Of a stretch of DNA of 64,000 bases, positions 1-12,547 are shown one piece after another (position 1 is the stretch's first letter; each line of letters opens with the position of its first letter). This DNA is from Felis catus (lineage: Eukaryota). Where the stretch lies: assembly GCF_018350175.1 (NCBI RefSeq), contig NC_058368.1, positions 146,446,001-146,510,000 on the forward strand, given 5' to 3'. Under the pieces are notes generated by a model. The model did no database searches and was not told where the DNA came from. It was given only the letters and a program-made list of their open reading frames with translations. The position numbers and the translations under genes were made by a program.

Positions 1-47
1 TAAATCAAGAGTTGGACGCTTAACCGACTGAGCCACCCAGGTGCTCC
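1..47 (-). mobile_element. CanSINE 5' head, cut by window edge
   Basis: Reverse complement reads GGAGCACCTGGGTGGCTCAGTCGGTTAAGCGTCCAACTCTTGA, the tRNA-derived head of carnivore SINEs. Confidence 0.85.
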
Positions 48-309
48 AAAGCTATACATTCTTAAATGGAAAATCAGTCTTACCTGAAGGTGAAGGTAAG
101 TTTTAATACATTATAAAATTAACAAATGCAATCAACTATTATATTCTTACCTCAAGACTCTGTACCTAAGTATGATTCTCTCTATTAAAAGACACACTGC
201 CATCTAAAAGACATCCCCTTTAGAGAGAGATCACTAATTTTATAGTTGTAATAGCTGCTGCTACATCATTACTCACCATGTAACCATCTTCTGAGGGCAG
301 GCCATAGAA

Positions 310-500
310 TAAGGAGTTAGATACAGATTTATTTACATCTTAACAGACAGGTGCTGTGTAATTTGGATCAAGTTACTTACCCACTCTGAGCCTCAATTTT
401 GTTACTTCTAAAATGGGAGCAGTGCTACCCACCTTACTCAAATTAATGAGATGACAAATACAGTGTGCTAAGCACATGGTAAATGTTCAATGTTGGTTAT
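310..500 (+). mobile_element. MIR SINE remnant
   Basis: MIR core-like text: CAAGTTACTTACCCACTCTGAGCCTCAATTTT...AAAATGGG...ATGGTAAATGTTCAAT. Confidence 0.65.
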
Positions 501-758
501 TACTGTAGTTCTTATTCATCTTAATTTTCCCTTGCATTGTCCAGCTGTTTAAGTTTAATGCAGATTGTCCTCCAAGGCAAGTTATTTACTTATGGTAAAA
601 TGATATTATCAAAGCATCTAATTTTATTTTATGATTTTTAATAAATTACAATGAAATAATGTTTATCCTCTGAAATTCATATGCTTTTGGCTTGAGAAAC
701 TTAAGTGAGTGGTGCAGTTTTCAGACGAGGGATAGACTGAAAAAGAAGCAGCTTTGCA

Positions 759-965
759 GGGGCACCTGGGTGGCTGTTCAGTTAAGCATCCCACTGTTGA
801 TGTTGGCTCAGGTCATGATCTCACAGTTGTGAGACTGAGCACTGTGTCAGGCTCTGTGCTAAGCATGAAGCCTGCTTAAGATTCCCCTTTTCTCTCCCTC
901 TGCCTCTTCCCCCACTTGCACTCTCTTTAAAAATACATACATACATATGTAAAATTTTTTTTAAA
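759..965 (+). mobile_element. CanSINE
   Basis: GGGGCACCTGGGTGGC head, GGCTCAGGTCATGATCTCAC body, CT-rich tract, A-rich tail. Confidence 0.9.
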
Positions 966-1636
966 AGTTTGCAGAGAAGAAAATTGAAACATTCTGTTTT
1001 GGCTAGATTATATTTAAAATACTTAACAGACATCAAAGCAGATATATCAAGATATAGGAATCTGGAGTTCCTGGGAGAAGTGAGGTCTAGAGCTAAAGAT
1101 TTGAGAGTCCTAAACATTTGGGATGTACGGTTATGATTTTGTAGTGAGAACAGTCAGTATAGGTAGATGTTTCTCTTCAGTAATTCTTGAGTAGTTCCTA
1201 ATGTGGAGCTTTAAGCAACAAATAGAGTAAAGGTAAAGGAGATACTATTGGTAGTGCCAGAGTTCCATGCTTTGTTCTTTGATAGATTATAACAGCTGTA
1301 GGAAAATAAATTCAGTTCTTTTTTTTTTTGTTATTTTATGGATTCTACATGGATTCTATGGCCAGCTGATTTCTTTCTGGGCTCTCAACTCATCTGAACA
1401 ATTGTAGTATCTGTTCCTGACAACTTTAATATTATATCAATTGGATTTTAAATTATATGTAGTATAGGGGAAAAAGTTCCAAATCACACTTTATACTGAA
1501 CTGTTCTCTTCCTGTATAATGGTTGAATCAGAAGAATTTGTTGGGAACCTTTTAAGTCATAGATTCCAACTTCATAGTCCAGGCAAGTAGAAAAAACAGA
1601 TACATGAAACTATAATAGAGCAATTATTTGGGTGAC

Positions 1637-2020
1637 TGTGATAGTCATTAGTTCTGTTCACCAAATATTTCCAGCTCTCTGCCTCCTGGGCACATGGTAA
1701 AATTGCACTTCAATAGCTATAGTTGAGTGAGGCCCTGAGACTAGGTCTTACCAGCAAGTTTTGATTAAAAGTGTCATGTGTAATTTCCGAGCCAGAGCGC
1801 TTTCTTTCCTTCTGCCATAATGATTGGCAGTGTTGGTAGCTGCCCTGTCATCCTAGGTCTTGGAATGAGGACAGCACAGAATGGAGCCCCTAGGCCACTC
1901 CTGATGGACATATGAGAAATGTTGAATGAGACAGAACTGCATGAATGAGAAATTAAAGCTTTGTTGTTTTATGTCACTGAGATGTTGGGGTACTTGCTAC
2001 TCAATATCAGTTAGGTTGAA
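1637..2020 (+). mobile_element. Old MaLR solo LTR (MLT1J-like)
   Basis: Begins TGTGATAGTC; has a CTGGGCACATGGTAAAATTGCACTTC motif and an MLT1-type end ATGAGAAATTAAAGCTTTGTTGTTTT...CACTGAGATGTTGGGG; subfamily from memory. Confidence 0.6.
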
Positions 2021-2153
2021 CCTGGGCACTGGAATACAGAGACTTGTCCAGATAGAGCATATTCTTAGCACCATCACACTACTGTTTAAAAAATCATGAA
2101 CCATAAGACAACATTGGTTGAAAGTTCACTACCAATGCCATGAAGTGAATATG

Positions 2154-2514
2154 GACACCTTTACCATAAGCAAAGGAGAACAAACCACTGCTTAGCTACG
2201 TTTTTACAAAGTTCAAAATATCTAACGTATTTCTAAATGTTACAATTTGGAAGTTACATATTCTCTTAATTCCAGTGTAATTGTATAATATAGAAACTTT
2301 AGGAAACTAAATTCTTCAACGATTTGGCAAACAAAGGGATACCTTTTTTAAAAAAAGAAAAAAATAGCATTTTCAGGTTTTTCTCAAGCAGGTAGTAGGA
2401 ATCGATTTTATTATTCACAAAACTATTTAACAAATGCTCTTTTATAAGCTCGTCTTGTGCCAGTCAGACGAATGGAGTCCAGCTCCCATTTAGAAGGTTA
2501 AGAGAGAAAACACT
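2154..2514. repeat. Arm 1 of a ~360-bp inverted duplication (partner 3554-3908)
   Basis: Aligns by eye to the reverse complement of 3554-3908, e.g. TAGCATTTTCAGGTTTTTCTCAAGCAGGTAGTAGGAATCGATTTTATTATTCACAAA is shared exactly. Confidence 0.97.
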
Positions 2515-3366
2515 CAGAGATTTGACATCACTCCACCCCACCTAATGACTTCACTTTCCATTTGACTCGCTTTTTGTTATTTACTGAACTAAAAAATGTA
2601 CTATCCAAATTAAAGCTGTAGTCTTCACTCCCACCAAGTATGTGGAGATTAACCACAATGCAGATGATCCAAAAACTCATAAATTGAGTAATTTTTAGTC
2701 ATAGAATTTTTAAGGTAGAAATAGAGTAAGATCGGCTTTTCTGTTCTTTTACCAAATAATTAATGATATCTTTATCCATTGTTTAGTTGTAAACTGGCAT
2801 AGAATATTAGCCAAATGAAGCAAGCTAGGACTTCATGGTCAGTGTCTATGCACAGTGTCTGTGTCCTCATAATTTGTCTATATGTCACCTTTCCTGGAGT
2901 TTGTTTTGGTGTAGTGTTTGCTTGCACTACGCTAATAGCATCTAAGGAAAAAAATCTGGTGTTTCAAGTTAATGTTTGCCAAGCATCTCCCCTGTACCTT
3001 ATTAACTGCCAACTAAACTATTGTACTTAAAAAGAAATGTTACAATACTGGTAAAGTTATAAGAATATTAAGTAAGAAAGTAGGAGATCTGGGTCTAAGT
3101 TTTAACTGTGTCTTTTACTAAATTGTATGCTTTGTTTAACATCTTTCAAATCTGTCTCCTCCTTTCCATGTCCCTGTCACTGCTTTGGTTTAAGACCTTG
3201 TTACATAGCTCCTTTCCAGACTTCACACAGCTGCCTGAGTGACCCTTCTAAGATGTTAATCACTTCAAGTCTGTTAATGAGTCCCTATAGTTTTCAGGAT
3301 AAAGTCTAAACCTCTTAGTGTTGTGCACAAAGCTTTTCACGAGCTGCCCCTTGCCTACCTCTGGCC

Positions 3367-4005
3367 CTGAGGTTGTAAACTGGCAGGCTGTGAGCAGAAT
3401 TCAGCTCATGTATGTTTGGTCTGTTTTGTACCATGTTTTCTTAAAAATATGGCATGAACGTTAAATTACAAATTGAGAGATTGCTGACTTCTCTTGAAAT
3501 TAGAAGATTATCCTCTCACACGTTGGCATTTGGCTATTCCGACTGTTCTCTTCAGTGTTTTTTCTCTTAACCTTCTAAATGGGAGCTGGACTCCATTTGT
3601 CTGAGTGGCACACGATGAGCTTATAAAAGAGCATTTGTTAAATAGCTTTGTGAATAATAAAATCGATTCCTACTACCTGCTTGAGAAAAACCTGAAAATG
3701 CTATTTTTTCTTTTTTAAAAGATATTCATTTGTTTGCCATTCATTGAAGAATTTAGTTTTCCTAGTTTTTATATTATACAATTACACTGGTATTGAGAGA
3801 CTACAAAGCTTCCAAACTGTAACATTTAGAAATATGTTAGATATTTTTAACTTTGTAAAAATGTAGCTAAGCAGTGGTTTATTCTGCTTTGCTTACAGTA
3901 AAGGTGTCTTTAGGGAGGACAGTCCCTCTCTGATTTACCACAATCCTCACCCACTGACGTTTCACCCCTTTATGTAACTTGTGGGCATTTGAGTTTGCAT
4001 CCCCC
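3367..4005 (+). mobile_element. hAT-Charlie MER102-like transposon relic, interrupted at ~3553-3908
   Basis: Ends GGTTGTAAACT... and ...GGCATTTGAGTTTGCATCCCC are degenerate TIRs; internal CTTCTCTTGAAATTAGAAGAT and TTTAGGG...TTTACCACAATCCTCACC resemble MER102 as I recall it. Confidence 0.65.
3554..3908. repeat. Arm 2 of the inverted duplication (partner 2154-2514)
   Basis: Reverse complement of 2154-2514, about 90% identical overall by manual alignment. Confidence 0.97.
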
Positions 4006-7000
4006 CTCTGGCCTCCCTCCAGCCATTCTTTAATGTTCCTTTCTTATAGCACTGAATTATATATACCAGGTTCTTTCAAAGGTTTATGTTTACTCTATCC
4101 TGGGGTGTCCTCCTCTCCTTCCATTTCTGTATCTCACTGACCCATTCACTTCTTTGAAAGTTCAGGACAGTTGTTGACTTCTTTGAAAAACTCACCCCAC
4201 CTTCCCTTCTGATGTACCTGCATCGGCCTTATTCTACCTGTCCCTTTGTGTAGTATTTGTTGATTTATTTGTCTCATTTCCTCATTAGGTGGTAAAGTCT
4301 TTTGCGGGCATAGACAGTGTATAATTTATTTTTGTGTTACAGTTTGAGCTCAAAGGAGCCATTATTGGCCTCAGTGTCATTGTTTATAAAATGATAAGCC
4401 GTGCTCACAAAGGAGATCAGATGACCTTCAGGGGTTCTTCTTATTTGAAAGTCTGCTGTCTGTTGTTCCTTTTTGGGAATCTAGGGTCAAAGGCTGCTTT
4501 GAACAGATTTTAACCAAAGCTCAGATATATACTAAATAAGACTTAAGGGGATTAAGGCGTGTGGTGTCCTAAAGTGCCAAATAATGAAGGTATTTCTCTC
4601 CAAAAGGACCATATACTTTGGTTAGTCATTCCTACATAGAAGCTGACTGACAGATCATTGTCAAAAGGCAGCAAAAGACTAATCCATTTGGTATCTGACT
4701 ACATTTAACAGAAGGAATTATTGGTGCTCCAAAGAGGGCATCTGTTTAACCTTAATAGCAACCTACTTGGTATCATGAGGAAGAGAAAGGAAAGAGGAGG
4801 AAATATATTAGGCAGAAATTAAATCTGATTCCAATACTCCACTTGGGCTTAGTGGCCATGAAAAAAAGCAGAATGGAAGATGAGTATTTCCTGCCAGTGG
4901 CAAATGATTTGGGGGGAGATGGTTATCAAGGTCAGCATGACAATGAATGCCTTGAAACTATTTGACCCAGAAATTCTGCCTCTAGGAATCCAACCTAAAA
5001 AAAACAACCATGAATGTATACAAAGATCTGAACATTATCTATCATTAACAACAACAAAAAGGAAAAAAAAATAGGTGTCCAACATTAGGAAATTCTTTAA
5101 GTCAAAGAGTGGTTTTAACACAGTACTTCTTAGAGTGTTGCCTTTGTAGGACTGTGCTAATCTCAGCCCTACATCTGAGATTCTGGGTAATCTCAGAAAA
5201 ACCCAGCCCTGTATCATCACTTCAGGCAGGATAGTTTCACTTTTATTTATTGTAGGTATTAAGGTTACATGTGAAATTTTCTTTAAAAAAAACAAATTCT
5301 CATAAAAATAAAAATTTGAAAACCACCATATTCAATAAGTCATAGTAATATTAGACAACAATACATAAGGAAATATGTGTTAACAGTTTAGATTATCTTT
5401 GGGTAATGACTGTAGGTCATTTATTTTTCTTACTTGGATTTGTCTCTCTTTTCCACATTGTCTACAGATAACGTGTAATTATTTCTGTAACCAAACAAAA
5501 AATGATTCTTGAAAAAAAAATTAGTTGACAGCAATAACTAGTCCACAAGCCACTGAAAAGTTCCCAATTTACCGTTTTTGGCATTCAAATCATAGGTTTT
5601 GTAAACCTCCTACCGTTTTGAATTTTTTTTCCATGAAATATTATAGGCTGTTGAGAACACTGAAGATACCGTACAGTTCCTTCATTTTATATTTGAAGAA
5701 ACTATGATCCAAAACATTTCGGTATATGGAAGCTAGATCTGGAAGCACTGATCTTCTGATGCCTTGTGCTTTTTCTGCTGTCCACACAATTTATAAATAA
5801 TCATGGTTTTCATGTCTCTCATTTATGTCTACTTAATTGGAAGATCTATCATTGTGTTATTTCTTGCTTTTTCCTATGAGTAAAAATTAATTTTTTTGAA
5901 GTTCCAGTGGTCAAAATTTTTCTATTTAGAAAAACTGGCACAAACTAGGACATTAAACCATCCTGAAACTGTCATATGACTCAGTGTTCTGATTTACACA
6001 ATTAGAGTTTTCTAATTTACTTTATTCCACTAATTCATTAAATGTGTATGTTCATTCAGATTTATAATTTGGTGTTAGACTGGATTGACCTCAGGTAATT
6101 TGCCCTCACTTTTGGCATCTAAAAGGTAGACATTAGATACATGTTCCGTCTGCTCCACCTTCCTTCTCAGACATGAATGTACTTGGGAAGGACTCTGCTT
6201 TACTTGTATTTCTGGACCTTAATTCATCTCTAAGTTATCTTGCTATGAGTTCACTGACCCCTTTCCCCCCAACTGTAATGACTTTGTGTAATATTTTTTA
6301 CATATACATATATCAGCACTGTCCCATGGTTCTTTTTTGTATTAATGCTGAGAGGTAAAAACTGGGTAGCCAGTTGACCCTGGAGACTCTGAACAAACAG
6401 TGTGAGGTAATGTGTTTCAAATAAAGAAAAATGGGAAGGTTCAGAAACATCAGTCACTCTCCCAAACCCCCTACCAACCTCCAGCCAAAGGAAAAACAAA
6501 CAAACAAAAAAAAGACTAATTCATAATGAAAAGCAATCAGAACAGAACAAATACATGGAGATCTTTATTTAAGGTGGTTTTTGTTATTGATGATCCTATT
6601 TATGAAAAACCCTAGAAATGAGGGGCTTTGAGGAACATTCTTTTTTAACCATTTCCCCCCTCCAAGTTATCTTGACATCTTAATTAAAATGCAAAACTTT
6701 GAGGCTTGTATCATATAAAGAATAGTTTGCTTAAAAGAATTATAACTTAAAACTGAAATCATTTATACAGTTGCTTTTACTAAAATAATTCCTTTGAATA
6801 TCACATGTAGTAGATTTGGGGTAAATTTTAAATATTTTTAAATGTCATAGTTTTGTAAACTCTTTTCTGATTTAGTTATTCTAATTATTTTAACACGGTA
6901 GGGCTGCTCTTCATTTACTCTGAGAATCAAGCACAGAAATTCACAGATGTAAAAATGAAATAAGATTGGTAAATAATCAGTTTAATAACATGGACTTACA

Positions 7001-10000
7001 CGCAGATATATTTTCTCATGGTTAAACTTTTGATATCAGATATCACAGTATTTCCAATGAAGCGTTCAAAGCTAGGAATGCTATGCCACTAGCTAAAAAT
7101 TTAAGTATTGAAATATTCTTATGACACTTCCTGATTAAAATTTTAGGTTACATACCTATAGTATATACTCTTTAAGAATAGTAACACTATCTGATTTTAT
7201 TTTCCAGATAATATTTTAGAAATAATTTTTTGTTTATATATAACACCATACAACCTTTCAAACACACACATGTGTATTACTTCATTTAGTTTTTACTCAA
7301 ACCCTGTGAAAGAGGGATATGGGAAGATTATTCAAAAATGAGGATAGTGAGATTAGTCACATACCCAGAATTTCATGGCTACGCACAAGGCTAGAACCTG
7401 CTACATTATTTTATTTCCTACTAGCTTCCCAGCATTATGTCCATGAACCTTTTAGCCTCTATAAATGAATATGGGTACCATAGGATTTCTTACAGCTTAA
7501 TAAAAGCAAGTTGGAACGTTGTACATATAATGTAAATTATTTAAAAAAAAACAGAACTGAAAAATGGCAAATGTTTTCTATTGGTACATAAAAGCTCTGA
7601 AAGTTACCTATAAACTATTGATGATAGCCACCTCTGATGTAGCTGAGTGGTGGAATTGGCAGTGGTGTGTGGGGCGGGGGCATAAGTGTCTCAAAGATCT
7701 TAGCCCTATTGAGGTACAGTCTAAATATGTTCATGTGTGACTTGTGGAGTTAAAAATAATTTTTAAAAAGTTCAAAGACTGAACAGTTGGATTCTGGGTG
7801 TTACTGAACTAGACCAAGAAGGACAAAGGATGGATAGAGAGGTAAATGGGGAAGTCTCTGCTGTTTTGTGCAACAAACAAACAAACAAAACAGGTCATTA
7901 CACTATCTTTGGAACCTCTCTAATGTTTTTCATAGCTTATTTTGACCTGTTGGTTGATGAAGACAAAAGAATTGAAAGTCAGCATCTTTTCAGAATCATT
8001 CTAATTTGTTCATAGTTTTGGGAAACACTCAGCAATGAAAGAGAAGTCAGCTGTGATGCTATATTGTGTAACAAATTTGTATCAATCAAAGAGGGGTGTT
8101 TGTTTCATCACAATAGCCTTGGTAAATTAAAAGTAATAAATTTAGTTGAAAGCCGTGAGTATGTTCTTGTAATTCTGTGCTGTATAATTTTTATTATTTA
8201 TTTATTTATTTATTTGGCCCTGTTGGTAATTCCTTTGGGCTTTGTTGAGAGGGGCGGAGGCAGGGACTGTGATTACCTCCGCTTTCACTCCACCCTCTTC
8301 TGGAATGTAACATCTGATTTACAAAAATGAAAAAACATGGCTTTTTACAGGAGCTTGTTATTCCTTTTTTCAGTCTGTTCGAATCAGAAGTGGGATTAGT
8401 CTAAGATACCCCTGCCCTTGGCATGTATTTATTTAGAAAAGCCAGACGATCCAGCCCTTAATTCCTGGTTAGTAAGATAATATCCATTGCTGGGTGAGGT
8501 TCCAGAGATGGAATAATTTTGCACAACACATCTCTGACTGAAATCTAAATGTGACTCTTGGGACCAGTGGACTGTGAATTGGTCTGTCTGTGTGACATGC
8601 AGTTTCCTTTCTCAACTAATCGACTTCATGTCTGAAATGACTGCAGAAGCTCCCTGTATAGTTCTTCTCTGACCTTTCTGACTCACGTTTGCTGTTTGAC
8701 AACTTGTCACCTTTATTCACTGCCCAAAGCAACCATCGGTGGTCCTCAGCCTCACTAAGTGGCTCTCTGAAGTGATTCTTCAAGATGTACTTTTTATGAT
8801 ACAGGTGGCCCTCTACATTTCTGATAACATTAATAATGACAGCAATAATAAGAGTAACCACCATTTATTTAGCACCTGCTGTATTTCCACCATTATACTA
8901 CAAATTCCTTTTCCTCTTTACCACAGTGCTTACCCTTTACCCTCTCTACTCTTTATTAGAGTCTTGCCAGATAGGTCTTGTTATCCCCATTTGACACATG
9001 ACACATGGAGAAACTGAGGCACAGGGAGCTTTCCCAAAGATTTATGACAAAGTAAGGACTTAGGCCCCTGTCTAAATAACATGCCCCAAAATAAGCCTGC
9101 TGAATTGCACATCTCACTCTGTAGTGGTAACTGTGAGGTTCCAGTGAGCACATATTGCTATCAGAATCAGTTCTGTATACAGCATCATAGTTTTCCTGTT
9201 AATTTTGATGTTGACTGTAAATTAAATATGAGTTAAATTATTGAAAGGTAGTTGCTATTATTTTTCTTGGCATTTTGTTGCCTCAAAATGCTATTAAAGG
9301 CTGTCATCATAATCTGATGATCTGCTAAAGCTACATAATTATTCTATCTTAGACATGGTTCAGGTAAATTATTTACCACTGGCCTCTCTTCATCAATAAC
9401 TAAAACAATGTCAGTATATACTCACCAGTTTGGAAAAGAGGAATGAGTTTTATTCCGTCAAAATTGTATCTTAGCTAAATAACAGTTTAGAATATAGGCT
9501 TTAGAATCATGAGCTGTACTACCTACTAATTAGTTTGACCTTAGACAAATTACTTCATATCACTAAATTTCATTTTCGTCCTCTGTTAAAGGACATAATG
9601 AGAGGTCTTAGCTGATAGTGTTTGGTTGTTGAATCTTGTTTTAGTGATGAATAAGATAACCCACATGCAATACATAACATAGTGTGTGTCTAATGGTAAT
9701 ATTTTTTTATTATTAATGTAATTTTTATATGAAAATAACTTTTAAATTGTGGTTATATAACATAGTGACAATACATTTGACACTCTGTAGAATGTATTGA
9801 TTTAGATCATAACACAATTAAAGGTTTTGGTGATTGTTTTTCATTCTTAGCTGGATTTCAAATGCATACTAATGTGTAGTACATATTTTGAAGCCCTTGT
9901 AAAAAGGATTCCTTAAAAATGTCTTAATGGTAGTACAAATATAATGAAGGACAGAATTTATTGTTTGCAACTTTAATCATCCAAAAATGTATTTTTTCCA

Positions 10001-10151
10001 TTGCTGCTTAGATCAGATAAAAAAAAAAAAAGGTTATTGAACATCATTATTCTGGCAACATGAACTATCTCTTTGGTCCTGAATGTCAAAGACCTGAGTA
10101 TTCTGTAAGTGTCAGTAGGAAGCTTAAGGCAGAAAAGAACAAATAGAGATG

Positions 10152-10540
10152 TGTGTGTCAGGGTTCTCCAGATAAAAGAACCAATGATGGGTGCATGTGT
10201 GTGCATATACATACACATAAACATATACACATAGTGTTTTATTTAAGGAATTGATTGATATAGTTCTGAGGACTGGCAAGTCTGAAATATGTATGGCAAG
10301 CAGGCTGGAAACTCAGATAAGAGTTAATGCTGCAGGTTTGAGGCAGAACTCTTCTCTGAGAAACTTCAGGTTTTACTTGAAGGCCTTCGACTGATTGGAT
10401 AAGGCCTGCCCATGTTACCACTGGCAGTCACCTTTACTGAGAGTCAGCTGGTTGAACATAGTAATCACATCTACAGAATACCCTCACAGCAAGACACAGG
10501 TTAGTGTTTGACTATGTAACTGGGTACTCTAGCCTAGTTA
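10152..10540 (-). mobile_element. ERVL solo LTR (MLT2-like)
   Basis: TGTGTCAGGGTTCTCCAGA...AAGGAATTG...GGCAAGTCTGAAAT...GCAGGCTGGAAACTCAG...CTGATTGGATAAGGCCTGCCCA...AGCCTAG matches reverse-oriented MLT2. Confidence 0.75.
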
Positions 10541-11473
10541 CAGATCATTGAAGACTAGATGAAAATTGTGGCACAGATAGAAACAGTATGAAAGATGTAG
10601 AGTTCATGGTGCGTGGTCACCATTTGGACAGGTTATGTAATCGGTTGCAAAAGGCTGTTACTGTTAGGATGTCTGCATCCTAGACTGGCCTGTGTATGAT
10701 TATACCAATATCATTGTTATATGTTATGTTACATGTTTAGATTTTTTATGCTGCCAGGGAGTAATAATGCAGATTTTTGGTGACTCTTCTTCACCCCCAT
10801 TCTCCTGCCTTCTTTACCCCACGTTTTCACAGTTCTAGTGAAAATATTCTTAGATAGGAGATTGAAAAAGAAGGGCATGCATACTGAAATGATTGTCAGT
10901 AGAATTGGTATTCTGTCCCTTCTTAAGTTTTCAGGGGTAATATGAGAAAAAAAGAGAAAAATCTTCAGTGCAAAATCATTGGCTGAGGCCTAGGTGTATG
11001 TTGTTTGTTTCTTTCTTCTGGTGTTTATATGGCTTGGTGCACTATGACCTTCCTGGATATGTGGCCTTGTGTCTGTCATTAATTTTGGAACCTTCTCAGG
11101 CAGCATTGTTTCAAATTATTCCTTCTACTCTATTTCCTTTTCTTCTTGTGGCATTCCAATTACACCTATGTTATACCTTCTGGAATTGTCTCACAATTCT
11201 TTGTTCTGTTTTTCATTCATTTAGTACCTTACGTTTCAGTTTTGGTCATTTCTATTGACCTAATTTCAAGTGCATTGATTTTTTTCTATGACTGTGTCCA
11301 GTCTGTTGATGATACCATCAAATTTATTCTCCATTTCTCTGATACTGCTTTTTAATTTCTAGCATTTCATTTTGATTCTTTCTTGGAGTTTCCATCTTTG
11401 TGTTTACATTACCCATCAGTTCTTGAAAATGGTCAATTTTTTCCATTAGCACCTTTAACATATTTATCATTAT

Positions 11474-11682
11474 TTAAAAAAAATTTTTTAATGTTTATTC
11501 GTGAGGCAGAGACAGAGCGTGAACAGGGGAGGGGCAGAGAGAGGGAGACACAGAATCTGAAACAGGCTCCAGGGTCTGAGCTGTCAGTACAGAGCCCGAC
11601 ACAGGGCTCGAACCCACAAACCGTGAGATCATGACCTGAGCTGAAGTCGGACACTTAACCGACTGAGCCACCCAGGCACCCC
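11474..11682 (-). mobile_element. CanSINE
   Basis: Reverse-strand head ...GACTGAGCCACCCAGGCACCCC; TCATTATTT repeated on both flanks. Confidence 0.92.
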
Positions 11683-12316
11683 TCGTCATTATTTTAAATT
11701 ACTTGTGTGTTAACTCCAACATCTATTCTATATCTGATTCTTGTTCTGACATTTGCTTTTACTCTTGAGATAGTTTGTTTGTTTTTTTTCTTGCTGCCTG
11801 GTATGCCTTAATTTTTTTGTTGAAAGCTGACAATTTGTCTTGAGTAATAGCAACTAGAGTTAAGAGGTCATTAATGTGAGGATTTATGTCAATATAGACT
11901 AAGAATTGTGCTATATTTAATGTTTATTCTACCTTTAAGTATCAGGAGCTTCAGATTCCCCTGGTGTCCTTGTTTTTGTCTCCCCTCTTATCTTTAGACT
12001 TCTATGAGTACTTCTTGTCAGAGAGTCTACCTCTTCCAGCTCTTCCAAATATAATTCACTGTTGTTTTACCAAAATCCTGTTGGTCGGGTCTATGGTGGT
12101 ATATTTTTATGATTAAATCTCATTTTATTGGGCTTGTGTCTTAAGACTATGATAATCCTAAGTGTTTCTCTGGTGTTACATTTTTTTTTTTCCCCTCCCC
12201 AGGTAAGGGTAGGACTCAGGTAGTTTTTTCCTCTGGAGATTAGGCCTTTGCCATGGAAAGTCTCAGGGTGTATTTCACAGTGATGACTCTTTCCCTCTCC
12301 CAGAATCTGGAAGGGA

Positions 12317-12547
12317 TTTTTTTTTTTTTTAATTTGTTTAGAGAGAGAGGGAGAGAGCATGTGTGCATCCTCCTGCACAGCAGGGAGGGGCAGGAGACAG
12401 GAAGAGAGAAAATCCCAAGCAGGCTCTTGGCCAACAGTGCAAGGCTGAAATGGGGCTTGATCCCCAGGAACTGTGAGATCATGACCTGAGCTGAAACCAA
12501 GAGTCAGATGCTTAACTGCTTAATGGACTCAGCCATACAGGCACCCC
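12317..12547 (-). mobile_element. CanSINE (older)
   Basis: Poly(T), GA-rich tract, GAGATCATGACCTGAGCTGAA, ends GGCACCCC; GAAGGG(G)AT on both flanks. Confidence 0.88.

Noticed and set aside
2815..3030. Hydrophobic 71-aa ORF within the inverted-repeat spacer
   Set aside because: No recognisable homology, and T-rich DNA yields hydrophobic ORFs by chance
8616..9017. Overlapping 82- and 92-aa ORFs and a possible - strand exon at ~8687-8820
   Set aside because: Weak acceptor, partly MIR-derived, no recognisable protein
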